Origin: Sarea resinae
Lineage: Eukaryota
DNA length: 64,000 nt
Direction of reading: 5' to 3'
Assembly (NCBI GenBank): GCA_026026165.1
Contig: JAPEUD010000008.1
Location: 310,001 to 374,000, forward strand
Position numbers and translations under genes: made by a program
The notes under the pieces: model-generated
Database searches by the model: none
What the model saw: the letters and a program-made list of their open reading frames with translations, nothing else
Told to the model about the DNA's origin: nothing
Part shown: in pieces, positions 37,596-50,957 of the stretch
Numbering within the stretch: position 1 is the first letter of the stretch
Layout: each line of letters begins with the position of its first letter

Positions 37596-39423
37596 GATAA
37601 ATGAGCTATCTCGGTGGGAATGAAGCTCCTGGGTGGGCTTCAACTGGGTGCTTTTCTCACTTCGACGTCAAAGGTCTTCGGCGATGGCCTTGACTGCCGA
37701 CAAAGCAAAGTGATGTGAGTGGGGTCTACCTCACTATAGAGAGTTTGCAGCGTTGACAGTAAGGATGGGTGTAGGTAAGAATGAGATGTCGAAGAGAATA
37801 CGTCGTGAATCTTCCCGGGGAGGAATAATTCGACTCTGGGTATGCTTGGCTCAGTACGTCATGAGAATCGACGAAGCGCCGACAGTACCTTCAACGAAAA
37901 GAGTGCCGAGTCAACTGCTACCTTGAGCACTCGAGGTCGAGACACAGCCCAGTGGACGAGAGTGTAAGGATAGCAAAGAAAGGATACTGAGGCGGAGCGT
38001 TGGGCAGGTCAAATGAAGCAAACGGTTCAGAGGTCATTTGCTGCTGCTGCTACTTACTGCGTACAGTGCTGCCCTGCTGCTGCGTGATTGAATGATGAGC
38101 GCCACCAAACCAGTTTTGGGTTTCTGTCGGGGTAAGGTAGCTGTAGCTTTACTGGAGACGCAGGCGGCGGGAATCTAGGGAAAGCAAGCGAGAGACGTCA
38201 CTTTTCTTGGTCTTGGTGCCTTGGTCTCGTCTCGTCTCCCGTCGCGCGCGACACAACCGACTGGAACACAAAAACACACAGAGGGACGGGACCTGGGACC
38301 TGAGGGAAGACTACTATGAGTAGGAGGCCACCTCACTCACCTCAGACACGACAATTAGGCCGAGCTGCCCTACCGCCTATCCCAAGGTACCTACCTTACC
38401 TACTCTACTGCGTATGGGAGACGGAGGAATAGGCAATTGCAGGACGTAATAAAAACGCGGGAGCTCACTACAAACACTCCCATTCCGTCCTGCTAAAGCC
38501 TACCTACCAGGTGAGGTACCTAAGGTACTATATCCACCTTCCCCAGTACCAGGCAGGTTCCTAGGGAGATTAACCGTCGACGGGTAAAGGGAGTCGAGTC
38601 TTTAGCAGGCAGAGCGTAGAAGTATACTCTAGTAGTAACAAGAGTGGTACGTTATATCAAGGTTTGACATGGAGCCGCCGGTAAGATCGCGAATTGGCGA
38701 TCCATACAAAATCCCCAAGATGCAACATGAAGCCACTCGACTTCTACGAGGACTCGGAGTACTCATACTCTATCCTACTAGAGTATCGCATGATACGAGA
38801 CCATTGGAGGTCCCTGCCGACCCCTACTATGAGTACATCCTCCAGCCCACCACAACTTGCATGCTCGGAAAATCATTGGGATTCAAGTATGTTCATTGGT
38901 GAGATAAGTCTCTAGTACGGAGTAGGTTAACCTACCTACCTAAGGTAAGCAGGGGTGAGTTAGTACTCCGCAAAATAGAACAGAGAGAGTAACTTCGTAC
39001 GTCGCGTGCTCTCCTTTATACCATTAGGTCTTACTCATTTCATTCAACATCTACTTGCATCTATCTACCTTTAGGTACCTTATGTTGAAAGATACTCAAA
39101 GTACGAAGTACTCCGGAGTACACTAGATACCTAGGTAGAAGGTAGTATATCTTTTCAAAAAAAAGATAAAATCATATGATTTCTATCGTTTTGAGAAGAC
39201 ATTCCTATTCCGGAATGAAACTTTCTAATGATTCGTGAAATACATGCGCCACCTGCGCCGACTCATGAAAAAAAAAATGGAGGATGCTCTATCTTGCTTT
39301 TGAAATTGCATAGTAGTTAAAGCAGCTGCTATGAAATTCTCGTCACAAACGCGCGACTTGCTCCAATGTAAATAAAAGGCCGCGCCAAGCAGACCAACGT
39401 GATCTATGAATGGGGCAGCTTGC

Positions 39424-41368
39424 TTACTCTTTCTCTTCCTTCAATGACGATTTTCCTGTCTTCCTCGCTGCCTTCTTGGTCGCTTTATGTGTGGCTTCTT
39501 CCTCCTTGACCTTCTTCGCCTCTTCGCTACCAAACATTTCTCGCCACTCTTGTCCTTTTTCCGGTTTGATAGGCCTGAACAAGTATACTGCTTCACCAAT
39601 TTCGTGACCCGGCTTGATGGAATTAGCATTCCAATAATCGGGGATTGAAAGGGGGTCCGCATTGAGTTGTGCGTTCATGGACTTTGCTGTTTCAGGCATA
39701 TACGGAGCGATGAGGGAGGCAAGCAGGTGAATAAGGTTGATGGCAAACCCAATCACAGCCGCACACTTGGAAGGCTCATTCTCACCAAGCTTGTTATCGA
39801 GGTCGTTGGACTGAAGGAAGATGTTGCCCTTTTGAGACATCTGCAGAACGATAGATAGACCAGCGCGAAGTTTGACAGCGTCCAAGGCTCGAATGTACTG
39901 CGTCAGGAGTGAATTGATCTCGTCTTTCCAAGGTTCGAATGAGTACTCGGAATAGTCGGCGTAATGTGGCACAATCTTGTTGAAATGTTTCGCATTCGCG
40001 AACTTCACAACACGGCTGACAAAATTGCCAAGATTCTTGAGTAACAAGTTGTTGTTGGAAGCGATGAACGTATCCCAATTGAACTCGCTGTCGCTAGTCT
40101 CTGGTCGATGAGAGAGCAAATAATAGCGCCAAACATCAGAAGGGACGCCTGTCTGTTGAGCTGAATCTCCAAAAACGCCGACGCCACGGGATTTAGAAAA
40201 TTTCCCGCCCTCATAGGTAAGGTACTCTGTCGTAGCAAGGTGATGAAGCTTCGTCCATGTATCTCGAGTACCGATTTGGGAGCCAGGAAAGATGACGGAA
40301 TGAAAAGCAACGTTATCTTTTCCGATGAACTGATAAAGTTGAACATCTGTGGGGTTGCGCCACCACTGTTCCCAGTGGTCGGTATATCGTGCAGTAATAG
40401 ACACATAGCCAATACAAGCATCAAACCAAGGATAGATAACCTTATCTTCGTAGCCTGGTAGAGGCACCTCTGTTCCCCATTTCATGTCTCTGGTTATGCT
40501 TCGTGGTTTCAACCCTTCCTTCAACCATGCTGTAGTAATTTCCTTGCCATTGCTCGACCACGCACCTTTACTAGCGGCCTGTTCGAAGAAGCTTTCGATT
40601 TCAGGTTGTAATTTATCCAATTCCAAGAAAATATGCTTCGTGTCCTTAGCAACTGGAGTAGCACCGTCAATTTTGCAGCGAGGGTTTTTGAGATCAGTCG
40701 GGTCTAGAAGTTGGCCGCAAAAGTCGCATTGATCACCACGGGCATCCACATAGCCACAGCCCGGGCATTCACCTTCGACGAATCGATCTGCAAGAAATGA
40801 ATGATGATGTTGGCAATATAGCTGTGCTGTCATCCGCTCCTTCAAAAAGCCGTTATGGTTCAATTTAAGAAAGATAGCCTGAGTGATATCTGCTTGAAGC
40901 TTGGTTGTTGTGCGGCCAAAAATATCGAAATCGATATTGAACCATTTGTATACAGATGCGTGAATGACGTGGTATTTGTCACAGAGCTCCTGCGGCGTGC
41001 AGTTTTCTACAAGGGCTCGTGCCTCTGATGTCGTGCCATACTCATCCGTACCTGAAATGAAGAATGGTCAGCGCTAAATAATTTGAACAGGATCAGGAAT
41101 TGATGTCTTTTCCTGAGTTCTCATATATCTTTCTAGGGAAACCACAAATCGGTTACTGGGCCGGCGCATATTACTCACCGCAGACATAGAGGGTATTGAT
41201 ACCGCGTCCCCTATTGTATCTCGAAAATACATCAGCCGAAAGCACTGACCCTATAAGATTCCCAAGGTGTGGCACATTGTTGACGTATGGTAGAGCACTG
41301 GTGATCAGGATGTTGCGTTTTCCAAACTCGGGAAGAATGGTGCTACGGCTGCGCGATTCTTCAGCCAT
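39424..41368 (-). CDS. Methionyl-tRNA synthetase, cytosolic type, divergent (exons 41368-41179, 41051-39424; 605 aa)
   Basis: [16 protein letters not shown] (HIGH), Zn knuckles [18 protein letters not shown] (KMSKS), anticodon domain [14 protein letters not shown]. Confidence 0.97.
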
Positions 41369-42237
41369 TTTTTCTGGGCGTCAGTGTCAACCAAGATGTC
41401 TTTAGAAAGTCGAGTTCTGGACCAAGGTCAAGAGCTGGGTGCAGTTTGGAAGAGTCATACTGCAACCTCCTGTACTGGGTATATTGTTATCTCTGCATAT
41501 CAGTGATTCACCGAGCGATTGTCGGTGCAATCCTTCAAATTACCGCATATACGCATACTGCATACAGATTTCAGCCATATCTACCTAAGGTATGCAAAAT
41601 GACAGAGGTAATGGATCCCATTCGAAGGAGATACCTAAAGAGGTACCTACATAAGTGACGTTGCTGCTCAACATCTCATTATGTAAGCAACAGAGTACTG
41701 CGCAGTACTTCGTAGAACATTGCGTACTACAGCCGTACAAATGTACTCCGGAGTACATTGTGCAAGTCGTGCAACATGATTCCAAGCTGGAGGTTGCTGC
41801 TTTGGTGTAAGCACGGCCCTCGGCCATACTGTACGAGGTACAGGGCAGTACTGCGTACTTGGCACTTGGTACCTCGACATTTGATCCCTGCTGTATGTCG
41901 TACCCATGGAGTGAGCGAGACGGGCAGCCAACATCCAATTCCCTCTCAATCTACCAGAGGCAGCTGTGGTATTATCGAGCCATCAAATCCTATTCCTATT
42001 TATCTCGGTCCTTGACCTGGCCCTACGAGCTCAGCAACTCGTTGAGTGCCTGACTCTCATCGTTTCCTCTCGTCGTCGAGGACTGCGCATCTCTTACCAC
42101 CGGCGATCCTCCCTCGTCCCCCTCCATGTTTCTCTGATCCGTTCCACGGCCAGCTAGGCCCAGGCTCTTGCTCTGATCGATTTATAGCTCTGGTGCTGAA
42201 CCATTTCCCACAAGGGCTGGGTGAATCGTCTATAAAC

Positions 42238-45200
42238 ATGGCCTCTGACCGTCGAACAGAGCCTCCCGACGTCATGAATGATCCGGCCTACGATCAGCAT
42301 GACAGGAAGAATGACGAGCCTGACACCTGTCGGATATGTCGAGGGGAAGGGTCACAGGAGGAGCCGCTCTTTTATCCTTGTAAATGCAGTGGAAGTATCA
42401 AATATGTTCATCAGGACTGGTAATTAGCTATCCCAACTGCGGGACTTTCATGGGCACCAACGCTGACGTTTGTTATTGGAATAGTTTGATGGAATGGCTA
42501 TCTCACTCCCAGAAAAAGCACTGCGAACTCTGCAAGACGCCCTTCAGGTTTACGAAACGTAAGGCGAGCCTCTCAATCAAAGCTGTCACCTGCTGAATAG
42601 TTCCAGTCTACCACCCCCAAATGCCTCAAACTTTGCCCCCGGCCGTTTTCCTCCGCCAGGCCGTCGTTGATGGCTTTAGGACCGTCCAGGCATGGTCCCG
42701 TCTTTTTCTCGTCGGTGTGGTATGGCTCCTATGGCTCCCATGGATGATGCGGACGGTCTGGCGTGCCTTGTTCTGGCTCGGAGATGGAGGTTGGGCCGCC
42801 TGGCCCATATCAGACTCTGGACCTGATTCTACTTCTCAAGCATTGAGGGCGTCGAAAATGGTGTTAGAAGAGCTTGCGACCGAAGGAACATCTCCTGCAG
42901 TCCAGGTTTTCTTCAGAGAAAGCGCCTTTAGCGAAAGCTCGGCTTCCCCTACAGCTGCTATCAGCGCTTCACAAGCACTTCCATCAATTCTATTTCCCTT
43001 CTCAGAGACGCTCAACTTCAGTGCTGGCGAACCGACACTTTTCTCACTACTGAAGAAGTTTCTCTTCGTCCAAACCGTCGATATCACGGGTCCCCAAGGC
43101 ACCTCGAGTTCCAGCACGAACATGACCGGCAATAGCAATCTTGACGTTGCTCGCTCGTCTTTACTTTCTGACATAGACTTTCTGAGAACTCTGACCCCGT
43201 CCCCGTGGATCAATAAACTGATCATTACTACTCTCGAGGGCCAAGTCATAACTCTTCTGGTTGTAGTCGGCTTCATTCTCGTATTCCTCATACGTGAATG
43301 GGTTGTGCAACAACAGCCGGCAATAAATATGGAGGGGATGAATGCCGATGTCCCCATTCGCCAGGATGAAGAGGCAGCTCAACAACAGCTCGCTCGCCAC
43401 CAAGTTCAACGGAGGATTGAGCGGCTTCAAAGAGCAGAGGGCGAACAGGCAGCGGCCGACGAAGCCGATGAAGCTGATGAAGCCGATGAAGCCGACGGAG
43501 CACTTGAAGCGGGCTGGGATGAAAACATCTGGCCAGAGACCTCCGAGAATGGACACGCAGATTACTCAGATGACCAAGTTCCAGTCTCTCAACAGCCGCC
43601 GGTAGATCAAGACCAGCAGCCGTCGAACGAGCCTCAAACCACCACAGTAATTCGGTCTGAGGGCTCATCTGGTCTATCTTCTAATTCAAGGTCACAGTCG
43701 CCAGTACAGCCATCCGATGGTGAGTCAAGCTCTCAACACAGACCTGGCATGCCAAGTAGGAGTGTGTTCTCGAAGGCAACAGAAATTCAGCGCACAATAG
43801 AAGAGCAGGAGCGAAAGAGGCTCGGTCAGGACTGGCCGGGCCTGAAAGTTTTTATGGAGATCTGGCAACGTGCAGGCGGCGATCCAGAAGAGGTGCTTCG
43901 AATCATCGAACGGGAAGATCGCACCGCAACGCTTGGATGGATCGTCGATGCTATGACTCGCCTCAGAGATAACCACAGACCGTCAGACACCCCAATCAAT
44001 AGTCCTTTAGACCGCATATTTGAAGGCCCCATAGCCGAAGCTGATAGTTGGAGACCAAGGGAAGGCAGCACTTGGAGCTGGCAAGGCGTCATGCCCGATG
44101 ACAGTCATACGGGACGGACAGACTTGCAAGATGCTGAAAGGGTGTCAGTTTTCCCAGTAAACGAGGAGCGTTCCGCGACGCCACTATTGGACTCATCGAT
44201 CCCGGAGAGCGGGTCTGCCATTCCTCAGAACAGTGTATTTGATTCAGAGGATCAAAATGTTCGAGAATCCTCAAGTGGCCGCGATAAGGGCAAAGCGAAG
44301 GTAATCAATGTTGGGGAGTTGGAGGATCGCCCCTCATCTCCTAGCCGCCATGGAGATCGAGAAGGAAGTGATGATGAAGTTGACCTCAACGTTCTTAACG
44401 TAGCAGAGGATACTTCATCGAACTCTTTACAACCCAAGCCACTTCAGATACGCCCCACTTCGTCAATCATGGAGTCCGAGAAATTGATATTTGGTGACTC
44501 GATCGACTCGTCGAACAACGAGATATCGTCTGGCTTGCCCGGAGAGAACCCTTCTTTGCCTGACCAGCAAGATCAGCCTATCCCTGCTCCCCAGGAAGAG
44601 AACCAGAGCATTTCAGGTGATGCTGATACACCAGCTCGTGAGGATGCCAATGCCCCGGAGGCCGGTCTTGCTGCCCAGCCACGCGCTGGTGTAGTAGACG
44701 CCATCATGGACTTGCTTTGGGGCGGAGTAGTCCCGCCCGAGAATATGGGAGTTAACAACCTAAGGAATGAGGAGCATATTGTGCAGAATCTGGAGGATGA
44801 GGCGCCATTCGTGCCAGTACCGCGTGCCCGCGCGGCCGAAGAGAACCCCATGGCAGCAAATCAGGATGCCGAAGCTGCAGCAGCAGCGGAAGAAGGCGGA
44901 TTCGATTTTAATGATCCGGAAGCGATCGAAGACGCCGAAGACCTCGAGGGAATAATGGAGCTGATCGGCATGAGAGGCCCTCTAATAGGTCTCTTCCAAA
45001 ATGCGGTATTCAGCTCTGTACTTATTTCGGCGACCGTTGGCGGTGGTGTGTGGTTTCCTTATCTGTGGGGCAAGTTCATGTTGTTCATGGTCGGAAACCC
45101 GGTTTCACTCTTCATCAAGCTGCCTCTTCAGGTCGTTTCATTCCTTGCCGATCTTGCCGTTGACCTGGTCCTCTTCCTAATTGGCAGTATCGTCTACTGG

Positions 45201-47716
45201 GTGGATAGCGGTATCCGTCTGGCATTGACCCCAATTGGCCTGTTCATTCCCTTCATTGCAACCCTTGCTCGCAGTACGACAATCGCTAGTACAACAAGGT
45301 CACTAGCTGAAAGCGGCTTGGAGCGTATAGCAAAGACCGTTGTCGCCGCCAGTATTGCCTTCTCAGAGAACGACTTCCCGGAGTTTTCTGCCGTGTCCCA
45401 CAAGGCCTTGCGCGATATTCAAGCACGAAGTTGTGATATGTTACAGACAATTTTCCGTACTTTCATCGACACATATCACCAAGTTTCTCAGAGTCCTCCG
45501 CATGCTGCTGCTGTGGAGAAGACCTCGGATCTGAGCTTCAGTTCAATGCGGGAATCCGTCTACCAGATTCTGAGTATAGGCTGGGGAAAGTTGCATGACG
45601 TAGCCGTGCTGATACCTTCCCTCTTGAAGCCGAACACTCTGAAGATCACCCTCGAGATGCCAACGCGTCAGATCCAAGTTGATCCTACACTAGTCTATTG
45701 GGACGCGAAAGATCGAGCTATTGCCATACTAGCTGGCTACCTTTTCCTCACAATTGTCGGAGCCTTATATCTCCGAAAAGGGGGCCCATTCTCCCGCAGT
45801 GAACAGGGTAAGAAGATCGAAGGCATCATCGCTGATGTGTTGCAGCAAGCTGGTGGAGTGATGAAGGTCATCCTTATCATCAGCATCGAGATGATTATTT
45901 TTCCTCTTTACTGTGGTCTACTATTGGACATTGCTCTGATGCCTCTCTTTGAGAACGTCACCGTCATTTCCCGGATCAACTTTACGATGGATTCTCCTTG
46001 GACCTCTGGTTTTGTACACTGGTTCATCGGCACTTGCTACATGTTTCATTTCGCCTTGTTCGTTTCCATGTGCCGCAAGATCATGCGGAGCGGTGTCCTT
46101 TGTGAGTCGCGGTCCAAATCACAGGATGAGCTGTTCGCTAACTTGAAGAATTAGACTTTATTAGAGACCCCGATGATCCAACCTTTCATCCAGTGCGGGA
46201 CGTCTTAGAAAGAAACGTTTCAACCCAACTGTGCAAGATCGCCTTTAGCGCTTTAGTCTATGGAGCTCTTGTAATTGTCTGTCTCGGGGGCGTTGTATGG
46301 GGATTATTCTACACGTGTCCTGGTGTCCTGCCCATCCACTGGTCCTCAAGCGAGCCAGTACTGGAATTTCCTGTGGACCTGCTTTTCTACAATTTTCTTA
46401 TGCCAATGGCAGTGAAATTTTTCAGGCCATCAGATGCCCTAACCGCCTTGTACCGCTGGTGGTTCCGGAAGTGCGCTAGAGTCCTCCGTTTGACCCAATT
46501 TCTCTTCGGCGAACGAAAAGCAGACGAAGAAGGCCATCATTCTGGAAGGTCCTGGTTGGGGCTCTTCTATCGCGCGCCAAACGATCATGTTCCGAGAAAT
46601 GAGAACGGCCTGGTGAGCGATGACGGACGTACTGATGCGCATTTCGTACGTGATGGTAAATACGTACGAACGCCAGCTTCCGATCAGGTCCGCATTCCTA
46701 AGGGTGGTAGAGTGTTTCTGGAGGTCAATGATGACAACGAAAGACTCGATGGTCAGCCAGACAGGGATGGCGGTCTACATGGAGCTCGCAACGAGCTTTT
46801 CACCAAAGTTTATATACCACCATGGTTTCGTGTTCGCGTTGGTGTATTTGTCGTTCTTATCTGGATTTTCGCCGCTGTCACTGGAGTTGCAGTCACCATC
46901 ATTCCACTTGTTGTGGGGCGTGTCATCTTTACCATGATTACACCGGATTATCTTCGCATAAACGACGTCTACGCTTTCTCTATCGGATTTTACATATTGG
47001 GTGGCATACTTTATGGTGCTGTGCACTATAAGGCAGTCATCAGATCCTGTCAATCTTTCTTAATACCAGATCAAGCCTCGCCGATCCGAGCCTTTCGTTG
47101 CGCGTACAGTTCCATCGCCCGTGCCGCCCGAATTCTCTACACTTACGCCGCTTTCTTTTTCGTCCTTCCAGCACTTTTCGCTTTAATGATGGAACTATAT
47201 GTTATCGTCCCCCTCCACACGTTCTTCGCTCAAGATGAGGAGCATATAATTCATTTCATCCAGGATTGGACACTAGGTGTTCTCTACGTCAAGATGGCCG
47301 GCCGATTCATTCTCTGGTACTCAAATACCCGTCCCGCTGAAGCTCTTCGAGCCGTCACGAGGAGAGGTTGGCTGGATCCGGATGCTCGTCTTGCAACGCG
47401 ATGCTTCATCCTACCCGCAATAATCGTCATGGGTGGAGCTCTTTCTCTACCGTTGCTGCTCGGCTGGGTGCTAAATACCTTTGTCCTGACAGATGCAGAC
47501 ACTATGACGAGGCTTCAAAGCTACCGGTATAGCTATCCAGCGGTATTGACTCTTTGCATTGTCCTGCTGGTCACATATCTGCTTCGGTCTCTGTTGAATG
47601 GCTGGAGGCAGAGAATCAAGGACGAGGTCTATCTCATAGGGGAGAGATTGCATAATTTTGGGGAAAAGCGAACCGTAGCAGTAAGCACGAGCACGAGGGT
47701 GGAGACTCAAACCTAG
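42238..47716 (+). CDS. DOA10: ERAD RING-CH E3 ubiquitin ligase, Doa10/MARCH6 family (4 exons)
   Basis: CRICRGEG..PLFYPCKCSGSIKYVHQDC|LMEWL..HCELCKTPFRF; TD domain GVMKVILIISIEMIIFPLYCG..HWFIGTCYM..FIRDPDDP; C-terminal IKDEVYLIGERLHNF. Confidence 0.97.
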
Positions 47717-48960
47717 AGTGCAGTGGGTGGATGTTCTTTCAATTTATTATCTGTCTTTCGCGCATTTAGCGACGCTGAGGTTCTAGGCGTTTGGGCTGTC
47801 GGGCGAGGCGCTTCTTGGTCGTGTCCTGGTCTCGAATGTCAACTTCCTCTGGTGCGCGGTCGGCAGCAAGCGGACTGAAGATTTTCCTACTTCTGTATTG
47901 TACCGTGGGCATGGCCCTTATCGAACCAACTATCATCTCATTCATGAAGCAAAACCCGTGGCTGATATGAAAGCCGCCGCTCTAGATTTACCCCAGTAGA
48001 CTACAGTGTGCTTCGTACCTGACCCAGGCAGTGCCTTGGACCTTGGACTGGTGAGATGGACAGGACGTTGATGTTTACAATCTTGTATCATGCTATCAAA
48101 TTGCGTAAAAGCTCATATATGCCTCCGTGCCATTTCGTCCTGATGAATTCAACATTTTATTTCGTGGCAGCTGCAAGTCAGGTGCCTCGAGTAGAGTCTC
48201 GGCCGGAAATGGTCATTCGTGATTCGGCTGTGCCAACGAGGATGTGGAGGATGTGCGGGATGACTGCAAGGAACAGAAATGATCGAGGGCAGCTGACTCC
48301 GCCACTCCCTCAATCCCATCCATCACCACAGAGTGTCCCAATCTTTCCATGTCTTGCTGAATGAAGTAAAGGGATTTGGAAACGTCTAGATCAGATCTGA
48401 CCTTCATGGTCATGGTTGTTTCGTGAGATTGCCATCGCTCTCGGCTTTCCCATCCGCGTCGACACCGTGAGGGCGACGACTGGTCCACAGTATTTCAGTA
48501 CCCGATGATATTTCTGTCTGGAAGCTGTCTCTGTCCTGATGTCCATGTATCACGGGCGTATTGCTGTCTTACTCTCATCTCTTCAGCTGGTCACTTTCCA
48601 AGTCTCTAGCTAGCCATCGACCCTGCTACGCCTCTTCCCCACACGGTGATCCCGCCTCATGTGCAGGGCATGAGGGCCCATCCTGACCTCACACGAGGCT
48701 CATGTCTTCGCCGTCATGTTCCGAGTCGGCTGTTGGCGAACGCCACGCGCCCATTGATACAGGCGTCAATATAAACTCTTGCTTTCCCCCTCTACTGACG
48801 AGCTGACTGCTTTCTTGTTTGGAATGGACCTTTAGTCGGTCTCCCAGTGAAAGGGAACATAAGTCGACGGAAGATGAGCCGGAAACGCCGCAAGAAGTCT
48901 TTTGCAGCTTGAGTCGATCAAAGGGACTTATGCCACGGATGCCGAAGACGAGAGCATCAT

Positions 48961-49626
48961 ATGCCCTTCACTACCCACCACAGTCGCCACTCGTGGCCAC
49001 CTTTCATTACAAACTCTTCTCGGGATGTCTCTTCTAGTAGCATGCCCGCAAGCAACATCGACGAAGATCCTTTCGCTTTTTTTATCTCTCCTCCGTTAGA
49101 GGAAATCGACGATCCTTTTGATAGTTTCAACGCAGGCATCTCTTTGGATCCGGGATCACTTCCCAGTTCAGAGGGTTCCCAACCATCTCCTGCCCGCAAA
49201 CGTCGATGCTCCTTTGTTCGACGTTGGGAGCGATGTGTGAAGAAACGCCACCCTCAAATACACGCAAAAGGCCCTTCGCATATCCCACCCCCTCAAATTG
49301 CCCCGCCGCCAGTCGACCCTCTTACTCGTTCAGATACTCTAAGGAGAATCGAATTGCATGATTCACCTGTTCCAGACTCCCTAGAAGAGCACGAAGAAGC
49401 TACCGAACCCTCTCGAGGTCGCGACAAGACAAAGCGGTCGAAGCGGGCTAGGAAGAAGAACAGAACGCTCTCGGGTCACCGGCATTCGTGGAGGGAACCT
49501 AGTGTAGATTTATGGACCGTGCTTGAGGAAAGCGAAAGGGCCTCGAAGACGAGCAGTACAGAGACGCGCTCAAGCAGCAAGATGAAGGAGGCAAGACGCG
49601 CAGACAGGGTGAGACTCCGACTGTAG
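48961..49626 (+). CDS. Hypothetical protein, 221 aa, disordered
   Basis: ATG ORF downstream of a TATAAA (~48770) and a CT-rich tract; blocks RHSWPP, IDEDPFAFFISP and RTLSGHRHSWREPSVDLWTVLEE look like conserved motifs. Confidence 0.65.
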   Translation: MPFTTHHSRHSWPPFITNSSRDVSSSSMPASNIDEDPFAFFISPPLEEIDDPFDSFNAGISLDPGSLPSSEGSQPSPARKRRCSFVRRWERCVKKRHPQIHAKGPSHIPPPQIAPPPVDPLTRSDTLRRIELHDSPVPDSLEEHEEATEPSRGRDKTKRSKRARKKNRTLSGHRHSWREPSVDLWTVLEESERASKTSSTETRSSSKMKEARRADRVRLRL

Positions 49627-50092
49627 AGTCGGCTTTGGATCGTATGGTTCGACAAACGATCACACGAGGCAGACTACGGTGGTGATATAACGAAAGAAGT
49701 TGCAAGTTGTTGAAGGCTAGGCCATGTTCGGATTTCTTTTTCTCCAGGCAGATGATAAACTATCTGAGAGCATTGCATATCGTTGGCGCAGGAGTCTGCA
49801 ATATCTACATAGCTTAATTGATTGGAATTTGAGTGTTTACCATGGAATATTTCCTGCTTCGTCTATATTTGAGAATATCACATACTCAAGGATATATTTG
49901 CCGAATAATGAAACGCCATTGCTCCCCAGTCTTGATAAATAGCCCCCCTGCATGACCCTCGTTCAACCGCCCAAGCTGGAGAAAAGACAAGCATGAAAAT
50001 GTCTCACTTTGGCCAAAGGTCAAGATGCAAACGCCCCAAGCCAAACGCCTCGAAGATGCCCGCTCCATAGCATCCTCATCCAGCTTAATTGC

Positions 50093-50670
50093 TCATAGAT
50101 ACTTCTTTCCGGCCGCGGCGACCCTGTTCCTGAACACGGGGCTTCTAACCTCCATATCGACGTGGTAAAAGGGGTTCATGAGCGTCTTGACCCAGACTTC
50201 GTACACATCGACGAAGAACTGCCGGATGGCTTCCTCGGTGGCCGGGGCCGTTGGGTTTGCTGCGATGGACGTGGATGACCGCGAGGTGGCAGATGCCGGG
50301 GATGGCTGTGTCGGGGCGTGAAGGAGGAGGAATTTGATGTTGCCGCCTGTGAGGAAGCAGGAGATGTAGTTGTTGTAGAAGCGGTCGATTACTTTGAGAT
50401 ACCTGTTCACGGTCATTAGATTTTCGGCTCTGATGAAGGTAGGGAGAGGTGAGATGAGGAGCGGCGAGGAGAAGCAAAGCCGTACATCTGTCCGTTGGCC
50501 CATTGCACCTCTTCCACGACATCGAGGCTGCCGTGTACGATGAACTGGTTCATGTGCCGGGCCTCCTCGCGGAATCGCGCCACGCCATCGCCGCCTTGTC
50601 GTGAGGTGCCGAACTCGTGCTCGAAGAGAGGGTTGTCCTTGGTGCCGATGATGGTGAAATAGTAAGACAT
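50093..50670 (-). CDS. TRS20: TRAPP subunit Trs20/sedlin (2 exons)
   Basis: MSYYFTIIGTKDNPLFEHEFG..MNQFIVHGSLDVVEEVQW..M|YLKVIDRF..ISCFLTGGNIKFLLLH..VYEVWVKTLMNPFY..KKYL. Confidence 0.96.
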
Positions 50671-50957
50671 GTTTCGGGAGAGTTCGACGTCGAGGAATAT
50701 TTCCAAGAAGAGCAATTGTGGACCGTGTTGTAGGCTCCAGCTCTCTTGCCGTGTCCCTGTATCATCGGCCTCTGGGTCTCGCTGTACGGCGGGAGGGACA
50801 AGTTCGGGGTTGGGGTCGCTGTCGCTCACCGCCCAACGCTCCGATTGGCTAGCCGAGCGCGAAGACTTGGCGCAGAATGCACATCCATCGACCTTCGATC
50901 TCTCTGCCGCAGCAAGGCCATCATCACTGCAACTCCCACCCATCAACCACCATCACC

